From NCBI RefSeq assembly GCF_964355755.1, contig NC_092678.1, positions 16,411,881-16,475,880 of the forward strand: a stretch of DNA of 64,000 nt, read 5' to 3'. The notes below the pieces were generated by a model. It saw only the letters and a list, made by a program, of their open reading frames with translations, made no database searches and was not told the DNA's origin. Of the stretch, positions 54,201 through 64,000 are shown in pieces. Each line of letters begins with the position of its first letter. The stretch's first letter is position 1. A program made the position numbers and the translations under genes. The DNA is from Antedon mediterranea. Taxonomy: Eukaryota; Animalia; Echinodermata.

Positions 54201-54368
54201 CTGGAACGAGGTCGCGAAGAAATTGCTGTTCAAACGTATCTTCAATCATGACTAATTGCGCATTGTCTGCTTCACAGGCCGCCTTTGCTGCATCCCAAGT
54301 TTCTAGCGTGTCGTTGAACACTTTGTAACACGTTTCTTTGTAAGGTGTGTAACCAGACCGACATAAAT
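51266..54368 (-). CDS. C-terminal exons of an extracellular-type protein with a C-type lectin domain and Cys-rich/Asp-box tail
   Basis: Phase-compatible GT-AG exons 54157-54368, 53758-53980, 53132-53332 (or 53365), 52664-52816, 52009-52212 and 51266-51324 (stop). Motifs CYKVF, WDAAKAAC, YWIGL, FKWTNG, EDC, WDIMDC; SKDHGATW Asp-box. Confidence 0.8.
51483..51855. mobile_element. Harbinger-like MITE in an intron
   Basis: ~33-bp TIR AGGTCCATTTACACTAAGGCGATAACGATCGACGA; TSD TTA. Confidence 0.8.
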
Positions 54369-57261
54369 CTAGAAGTACAGTGTAAGAGTCATAGAGTAAT
54401 TATTATCAGCTGATTCATGTTTGTAAGAATCATAGACATACTCTTAATTACAACGTAATAGATCGATGACATGTAAACTTGTATCAACGAAAGTTGGTTT
54501 GGTCGAGGAAGTCACCGTTATGATACACATGTGATCCTGTATCTACAACTTATCTATGTTACAGGGTAAATTGTCGATACTTTACCGATATTACAATCAT
54601 TATAAACATAATTCAGATTTGATAAGAATGGCTTAATGTTGTGAAATTTTTTAGGCGCCTTATGTTTAAAAACAGCAGTTAAAATACGGCACATGCAATC
54701 CTCACAACCTGGTGAGATGCGCCTAATATTCATTTAAACATGGTTAGAATATATGCAGACAATGTATAACTCTTTCAGATTAAACTGACACACTATCGTA
54801 CACTTACCACCACCACCAACATCTGGTCTGTCCGAATACATAAATTGAAAAGGTTTTGTGCAAGAAAGAACTTTAGCGCTATTAACAGTCGAGAACCACA
54901 ACAAATCAGCCACGCCAACAAAGCGACGAGTGCCCGGAGCAGTTTTTCTGTTTTTGTCGATTCCTAGGCGTACACGGAAAGTTGGTTTTGCGGCAATCTG
55001 TATGGTTCCAAGCTGTGAAATCACATTCATTTAGACTAGACAAAAAGTAGTGAGCCCTCTAGCGGTCATTTGTGATTTCTGAGATTCATCGAAGCGCGAC
55101 AACATCACCCGGAAATGATGTGAATTAAAAATTTTAATAGGGTTAAACTCTTTTAACCAATTGAAAGCCTTAAATTATAGTTCCTTATGAATAATTCATG
55201 AGAATAATTAAAGCAAGGGTTGAAGAAGCATGTGACTTGGTTTTTGGAACAGGATAGCAGTTATGATCCTGTCAGGTAATCATTGAATTTGCTCTTCTTT
55301 TTGTTAGATTTTATACGGTTTTTATCAATAATAATATTGTACATTTTTACGAGACCATAAAAAAATTCCTCAATTTTTTAGTAAACGAGTGACTAAATAA
55401 AAAGTTACTATGTAATGTAAATATTCGTTTGACAAAAAATGGGCATGTTGATATTTTCAGGTATTTTTTAAATGGCGATTGAAATAGGTAAACAAATCAC
55501 ATGTATAACGGTGGTTTGTGCGAAGCTGGGCCTAGCCTTGATGGTCCAACGGGTACTGCGTGTTAATCAATGCGTATAGATACACACGTAGTCGTTTAGG
55601 CCAATTTTTTACATGTTTATTTATTAATATTAGGCCCCATTCTCATTTATTTTAATTAATGTACTGAATGTACCACACTTTACAACTCTATATAAATTAG
55701 ATTTTGTACTTGTATTAAATTCAAACGTTTTATGGGATTTAAAACATTAAGCTAGGCCTGGTAGTAGGCCTAGGACCACATGCTAGGTTTTTTAGCCTAA
55801 TTTATCATGCAGTATACCTCTAGCCCATCTTTCAAATACATATTTAAATTAACATACTTTTTATATTTCTATATTTTTTATAGGATCTGACTCCAGAAAA
55901 CATTTGCATCACTTGAAAGCGGCTATTTATGGACAGCATGTTGACATTCAAAAAAATTTGACCAGCTCTTATTAATTAAATGTCTTTTAAATTAAAGGTT
56001 TTCATTATAATGAAATGTACGGTGACAGAAATTTAAATGATTCTCATAATTGAGGTTTCTCATAGATTTAATATTGAAGGTAAATAAATAAAGCTGTTTG
56101 TTATTCTTGCCTTTAGAAATAAGCATGTTGTTAGTACTATATTATTAAGCCTAGGCCATTATACAAATTAAAACTAAAACATACAGTAATCATATTTAAG
56201 GCCTACACAGCAGTACCTTACTTGATTTGATTTTTTTCAAATATTTAATTGATGAAATAAATGAGTTTGACTTTTCAATTAGTTGCCATTTTATTAGTTT
56301 CTGTGTGTTTTTATTTATATTCTTAAAATAATTGTATACAACAACTTTAAAGTATTGCGAAGAAGTGATCAAATTATAGTAGGCCTATTTGTATGTTATT
56401 GTCGCTTAAAATTATGCAGTTAAAGTATTTGATTTTAGGGTGACAGAAACGGTTAGGCAAGAAAAGAAATAAATTTGGGAATTTTGTTATGCGGTAAAAA
56501 CAATTAAACATAATTTACCCCTAATGCATGTAAATGTAGAAAACATTGCTTATGTTAGCGCGACCGAAACTCGCTACTGGGAATAGAGCCTGCAAAAGCG
56601 ACGCGTACACACCTACTCGGGCACCGGCGGAGCGCGATCGATAGTAAATATACCCGATTTCAAATGGTCATAAAATTCTTTTAAAAAATATCAACATTTT
56701 GATTTTTTGAGGATTAAAAGTAAAGATATTGAAATTTAACATACTATTTACAAATATGTATTTAAAAATTCGGAAACAATTTTAGCGTGATATTAAAACA
56801 AACTTTTTAGAGTTCCGCGATTTCCTACGCAGGATTTGTTTGTTTTCATTGTTAATGGGCGAATGTTACCTAAACTAGAATCGTTATAAATCTTTAAAAT
56901 TTGTATTATAAGTAATTTCTTTAGTATTCTTAGTAACATCGAATGTCTCTAATTAACTAGCAGTTATTTATACTAACTATTGTTCAATAATAAGCGTGTA
57001 TAAAGTGAAAATCTATAGTAATAATGTTCTTAGTCAGTTCGTCTCGCTCGCGTGAAGTCTTCGGGTTTCTCAATACAATTCTCAGCGGTAAGATAGGCTC
57101 GCGCTAATGTTTAAATCAAAAGCGCTCTCAAAACACTTTTTGTCCAAAATTCGCAATATGACGTGAGTGTGAAATACATGCGAAATGTTACTACGTCTGT
57201 CTTTGATTTCATTTAGAAAACCCCTGTCTACTTATATCATAAGTCATTAAAACAGAGAAGG

Positions 57262-60200
57262 TTACATGTCATAAATAGGTACGTTAATGTATTCTGAACT
57301 TGTTACACTGAAGGTACTACACTGGCCATCCACCCGTTTCCTAATCTTTAAAAATGTATCAGCGCTGTAGGTAAACACCTAACATACTTAAAAGTACTCT
57401 TCCAGCTGACTGTGGGCACTACACATAATTAAAGCTGTTGATTGTAGAATAACTTACATTAAATCGAACAGGAGATGGTACAGGCATGTTTGGGTTTACC
57501 GCTGGTGACTGGAACAGCTCTGTGTATTCTGATTCAAGTTTAATATATTGCACATTTTTCGACTTCAATATTGTGAAAGTTACATCTACTGCTTTTCCCG
57601 TTGAATCGTTATCGTGCCAAATACTAATCAGTATTATTACATCATCGCTGAAAATAACAACCAACAAATACTATTATCGAAATTAAATTAGAGTGGTACC
57701 ACAATCACTATATCCCAATACTTATAGGATGCCAAGAGTGATTATGTGAACATATCTGCCGTACTTTGAGAAAAGGGCTTATCTACAAAAAGCTATTTTT
57801 TAGTAATTGACAAAAACAAAAACCTGTTTTTGTTTTTCATTACCAACGTTCATGTAATATTTTATTTTCAAATGAATATATTTCAAAAGTACATTATTGA
57901 AAAATATCTGACATAATATTCAATTATTACTTTTTTATTTTGGGAGTCAAATTGCAGATAAAGCCTTTTTCCAAATTAGTTGTACTTAAAAATGGCGGGA
58001 AATACTTTGAAAACGGGGCACTTTTGCAGTTATTTTGTTTGTTTTTTTATCAAAATTTACCAAAACATTTAGTAACTTTAGTTAAAATAAATTATAAATG
58101 CAATTTAGATTTGGTAATTTGTAAAAAGGCTTTTCTACTGAAAGTATTAATCTGCCTCATTATATATTCATCATACCGTTATCTGATTTTGTCAAACGAC
58201 TCAAATGCCAAATGCCGCAACCCAAATGTCAAACGCATATGTACAAATTGGTTACATTTAAAATTCGTCAAACATGAACAATGATTGCCAAAGATCAAAT
58301 ACGACGAATGCAATTGTTTGCCAATCAAATAATGCACATCACAATTTCTGATAGTGTTCGCTGGTGTCAACTTGAACCATTCTAATTTAGCTTATTTTAT
58401 TCATATAATTCTACAATAATAAGAACAATTACTCTTACATTGCTTGTATCCGATACCAAACTTACCCTTTATAAAAGGAATTAGTTTCGTATGTTATCTT
58501 GAACGACATCTTAGGCTTCGGGACTTCATTAATCAGCGTATAAACTGATACTTTTCCAACCCAGATGTGAGCTCCGTCGGCAATCTGCATTCCAAGTCCT
58601 AACCAGTGCTCAGATCCATTGACCACCGCGTCTGTATCGTCTAGGACAACTTCAATTTCTAACGCCAAGATGTTATTGGAAGCATCTGGGTCGTTCACTT
58701 CAATAAATCCGTCGAACTGTGTCACCGACCAGTCTTTAAGGATGCCGAAATCATCATCGTTAGCAATGTACTGCGTCTGTGGAGCGTAGTAGCAAAACTC
58801 TGTCGAATACTTACAGGATAGGGAGTCACTGACATACGAAACGGACACTTTGTTGATACTCCACTGCTCGCTTGTCTTGTTAGTCGTAAAGTTGTATGGT
58901 AGTGTGACTTCAATTGTAGGATCAGCGGTACCTTTTGGAAACTCAACAATAAGGTTCATGTGCACATTTTGACCAACGTTAACATAAACATTACCATCTG
59001 CAGACTGCTCGGTAATGTTCATCACGAAATGCGGTAGTTTACTAAAAACTGCGTTTGAAACTCCTTCTGTAGTGACTAAGCCATTGAATATGTCAGTTAA
59101 TTCAGCAGTTATCGTTACACGTAAAATAGCTCCAGGTTTTACATCGGCTACATAGAAATTGATGTAACAACAATAAATAACGATTATTATATTGTATATC
59201 TAAAATAATGCAAATTAGGAAGACATTCAAACTATAATGTTCACTTCAAAGACGTATATTTTTTGTCAAATACATGCCTTAAACTAAGAAAGCATAGTTT
59301 TTGTTAGCACTTGCTGACGTAATTACGCTTTTGTAAAACAAAGCAATGTATACGGTTACCGGAGGGTTCAATAGGAACTGTTATAATGTGATATGGTTGG
59401 GGTCTGCACATTAATTCACAAACAAAACTTTTAGAAAAGATTATCAATTAATGATAATAAATCTGATCTTATACGCTAACGACACGACTTTTATAGGAAC
59501 AAGGATGTGGTAACACTCATTTGAGTTCAACAGCTTACAGTGTAAATTATTATTTTGGCTAAAAAAATACCAAACAAAAGATTCGGTTAAAATACCATTA
59601 ACAGTGGAATTGATGGTTCCCTCAAATTGAATGTCAGATGAAAATAAACTGTTATTACTAAAAGACAAAATAATTTCTGATGCGGAGACCAGGGTGACCG
59701 TGAAGTTGCTCTGAAAAATACAATGAAATAACAACAGCTGATAGCAAATCTGACTTAAAAAACAAAAACACAGTATATCGGTCAAATAAAGAAGAAACCC
59801 AGCAATAGGGAAATATCTTAAGCGGTAATGTAAATAGAATCTATGAGATTAATGTCGGCAAACTCGGATCTTCTACTTCATTTTTTCCGCACGCCCAACC
59901 AACAATTATATTATCGAGAAAAGACCTATATCTATTGTATGACATACCATTACATTAAGTTATATTTAATTATTTCACTGCTAAAATCACACGTCACACT
60001 ATTGATTATGACGACAACAATACCCCGCTAACCAATATTTTGAAAAAATACAAATCAAAATCATACCGTCATGGTTGAGTCGGTATTTCCGTTTCCAGTT
60101 AAAGTCCATATAAAAGGATCTGCTGACAGGTTGAACTGAAAAAAGATGTTTACTATAAATACCCGATTATCAGTGCTGTATCTAGATTTTCCCAGTTTCA

Positions 60201-63200
60201 TAGGAATAGTTGGTAATACAACATCTCATGTGTTTCACATGTTTCTCATGTGATAATAATAACCAAATATTCCTCTCATACTTGGAAACTACATCTCGTA
60301 AATACAGCACTGAGAATCGGGTAATAATTACATCCAACCGGTATTTAGTATTATATACATGTTCCACGTGTGTTATTTTTGGGATAACCGAACGTATACG
60401 TATAGTTATCCATGTCGACACACGACACATGAATTCGTAGCTTGTTTTATTTGGCCAAATTCATTTTACGTACGTCAGTAGGACAGACAATATGTGATCC
60501 ATTGTTCGCAGTAAGCATATGTTGGATTTATTTAAATTTTTGTTCTTGTTTATGTTTTTAAGAACTCAGAACTTCACTGATGAAATATGATATACAAATA
60601 TATTTTCAACAATTTTAATTAAAAATCTCAATGGTATAGTTAATACAAAACGCATAGAAAATCCGGATCACGCATATGTGACGTATACGCGAATTTCACC
60701 TATTAAGCGACTACGAAGTGTTCCTTTTTAGTTAATTACCTCCATATTCTCAGCTGTAAGGGTGACTTTCAAGCCTGTTCCTGACCCAGTAGTGTTCACC
60801 AAGAAATCTGTCTTCACTTCATCTCCAATTCCGTAGTAGGTTGTCGAATCTTCTACGTTTGCGCCCGCATCCATGGTGATGATGGGAGCTGAAAGTATAC
60901 GTTGCCGGTATCAATAAGAAACAATTAGATAATAACAATAAAAATAAGAACAATTATTATAGGCCTACAAATAATTAATCTTTAGTCGTTGAAAAACTGA
61001 CTGCACTATTTAACGAGGCATAATTGACCAATACAATTGCAAGAATACAATCAGGTGTATTATAAATTTATCTATACGATGGCATGGTCTGCTATCAGAT
61101 TATTTACTTGTTTGTAATCAATTACATTTTATATCGTTTTTTAATAGTTAAGTGTGTCATCAAAAGGATATTGATTAATTTTGTTTGCATAATTATTTCG
61201 TTGTGTCCAATCTAATAGTTTTTTGGTAATACTATAAATATTTATAAAATAAAATAAATAAACTATCTGCGCGCAATACATGCTAGGCGCTTAAATTATT
61301 ATATTCGACCTTTTTTTCAGATTTCTAGCCGTTTATAAACCAAAAATAATCGCAATATAGGCCCATTTAGGGTTCATTTTTACAAAAAAAAATGTAGTCT
61401 GTGATTTTAAAATCAACCATACACAATATATAGGGAATGCATCTTTTATCAAAATATACTCGATGGAACTCTTGTTCGCCAAAAATTAAAAAACTTTCGC
61501 CCAATATAATAATAAGGTAAACATATCTTATTTCTATCAGATCAAAGTTTTTAAATATGTTTCTCTCCAATCCTCCACTATGCTTTTGAATCACAACACG
61601 ACAAAATTTCGTCGATTTAAAATCATTTCGGGAACTGAGTGAACATCGCGTCCAATTTCGTCTTACCTTGTTTTGTTCTGAAGAGTGTTTTTATTAGCAC
61701 ATTTGACTTAATTGTGAATGTAGGTACTTAAAAAAGATAAATTAAAAAGGTGGCTTGTTGACAACAAATATACTTTACTATTATACAAGGCCTATACTGA
61801 AATAGAAATATAAAAGCAACGCTAATGGAACGTGTGTGCCATTTGCATCTTTAACTAAAATTTGAGTTAGCAATTTCATTTGAGTATTAAAATAGAATAT
61901 TTACTTTTTAAAATATATAATCCTCTTGGAATGTTAAGTTGACTATCGCTACTTTGCCGTGATGATACTCCAGTCGTTATATCAACTCGATATATACCCC
62001 CGTCGTAGTCTGTCCAGTAAAGATAGTTTCCATAGATATCAATCCTGAACGGTTTATTCAGCCCAGTTATAATCTTTCTTCTGTTAGTTCCATCAAGGTT
62101 AGCTTCCTCAATTAATTTACTGCTCAAATCACTCCAATACATCTTTCCAACTTGAGAATAGTGAAAAACAAAAATGAGAGAGAGAGAGACGTTTACGATT
62201 GAATATTGTATTAAAGTTTTTAAAAAAAGAACATTTCAAGCACATGACCTTTTAGTAGGCACTTTAGTTCAAATGAAGAAAGGTTTTCAAGAAAATAATA
62301 AATCACAATGTAAAACGTAAAAGAAAATCATTGAGAAAAGTGTACTCAACTGTAAGCATAGCTTAGATTATGGTGTCTGAGCAACATACTTTGTGCCTAA
62401 CAAGTAAAAATATCATTATGCGCATGTTCATGCGCAGGGTTGTCTTTTTACTCGAAAGACGCGTGGCGCGTCGTTTGATTGCAAAGTCGTTAATAGGGAG
62501 GTTTCGCAATCTTACGAATACGATAACGGAAACGGATACGTCACGCACACGTATTCGTTTTCGTAAGCCATAAAAAAATCTGTTTCGCATGGCAACGAAA
62601 TATCGAGGCGCGTCCAAAATATGACTGCGGTAAATTTGAGCGAAGCGCAGGTACGTGTTGCTTGGTGCTTGGCTGCCTAGGCCTAGCGTAACATCAAAGC
62701 GAGTGAGGACTTTAAAAACTGCTATTTATCTAAATTGACCTGGCATTTTAGTAAATTACTTTAGTAAATTACTTTCAATAAATCTATAATTATATTATAA
62801 TCATGAATTCCTAATTCAAATGCAAAATGTGCAAAATAGATCAAAAACTTTTGTAACTCGTTTTGTAGTTACGAATATGACTGGTGATATTCGTCAACAC
62901 GAATACGCTTTACGAATATGAAATGGGGATCAGCTCAAAAGTTTCACAAATGTATGACGTATCCGTTTTCGTTATCGTATTCGTAAGGTTGCGAAACCTC
63001 CCTAATGTCAGGAAGTAAAGTAAGACGCAGACTCTACTACATACATACATTGAATGTCAAAGTGATAACCCCACGTACATTTGACATGATTTTGTAGTAT
63101 CATGCACGAGAATTACATTGCTGAGCCAGTCACGAATGCGCACAAATTGATTACATATGGAGAGCGTGCACAAGGTTAGCTTAATTTTGTCAGTACATGC

Positions 63201-63856
63201 ATCATACTACATCTTTCCTATCTTGAAAATAGTATATCAACACAGTAAGGAAGAGAGAATGAATTCAATATATTGATAATATAGTTTGATCATATGCTTG
63301 CTTATTCTTATAAGTACAATTATGTTAAAATGTTCTTAAAACGGATTAGTGTGTACCAATAGCTTCACGATATAAAGAATATATTGTGTAAAATCCATAG
63401 CACTTATCAACCACCGCCTTGCCTAATCGGTATGTGGATAACAATAGACATAGGCCACGATATGTAATCGATCGTTGTTTTTGTCATTAAGCTCTACAGG
63501 CTCAAAAGTTGGTAACATTTTATATTTTAACCTACAAAGTTACTCCTGTTGCAGGTATAAATAAGCAATGTAATAAGCAATGTGGCCAGAAATGATCATG
63601 TGATTTATAGTAAGCGACTTTATGTACAGGCATCAATAATCATAATTATAAATAGTTAGCAATAGTCTACATAATACGGTAGTACTATTATATAACTTAC
63701 TTGCATTTAACATGGTCATACCGTAACTTACCGGGAACTGCTAAAACAAGTCCTTTTGCCTTTGTTACGTTTGTTACTAAGACGGTTCTTGTACTCAAGT
63801 CATTTAACTGCGCTCGCTCTATCCTGTCCTTTATTGTATCAGTCCAGTACAGGTAT
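57262..63856 (-). CDS. Internal exons of a large protein: LDLR class B (YWTD) repeats followed by beta-rich Ig-like repeats; 5' part outside the window
   Basis: Phase-compatible exons 63732-63856 (YLYWTD), 61905-62150 (MYWSD, LYWTD), 60740-60888, 60067-60135, 59596-59710, 58466-59147 and 57458-57647; tentative 57262-57378. Confidence 0.78.
62495..63003. mobile_element. MITE with ~48-bp TIR and AAT TSD (PHIS/Pangu-like)
   Basis: AGGGAGGTTTCGCAATCTTACGAATACGATAACG and its reverse complement at the other end; AAT on both flanks. Confidence 0.8.
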
Positions 63857-64000
63857 CTAAGTATAAGTATAATCTATGTTACTACATTCTGTTACAAGTA
63901 GTTCACGTCCTTTCCACAGATAAAAAATATATTGAAACTTACGAAGTTACTGAAGCTGATAAGTTATTAATGATTTACGAAAAATGTAAAAAGAAATAAA

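Noticed and set aside
61667-61677. 11-nt micro-exon with good splice sites
   Set aside because: Flanking exons already join in phase 1; inclusion would frameshift.

Overview
AT-rich invertebrate genomic DNA; an echinoderm-like source is only a guess from the histone and repeat style. The core is a replication-dependent histone quintet, all on the minus strand (transcription order H4-H2A-H3-H2B-H1, about 10.1-20.8 kb), each gene with a 3' stem-loop and purine-rich downstream element. H1, H2B, H3 and H2A are intact. H4 is split by a 954-bp hairpin-ended transposon with a 9-bp TSD (AcademH-like). A second, decayed histone unit lies inverted (H4 pseudogene at 28.3 kb, spacer, H2A promoter at 42.1 kb). 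It is interrupted by about 12.9 kb bounded by (TA)n, holding tRNA-centred cassettes and nine Helentron-like units whose head/tail pattern suggests nested self-insertion. The left end has a 5'-truncated Ty3/Gypsy element with an open pol, a -1 frameshift signal and a 3' LTR. Many non-autonomous DNA transposons and LINE fragments are present. The right end has minus-strand exons for YWTD, beta-rich and C-type lectin domains. No clearly new enzymatic system is visible; the best leads are mobile-element architectures.
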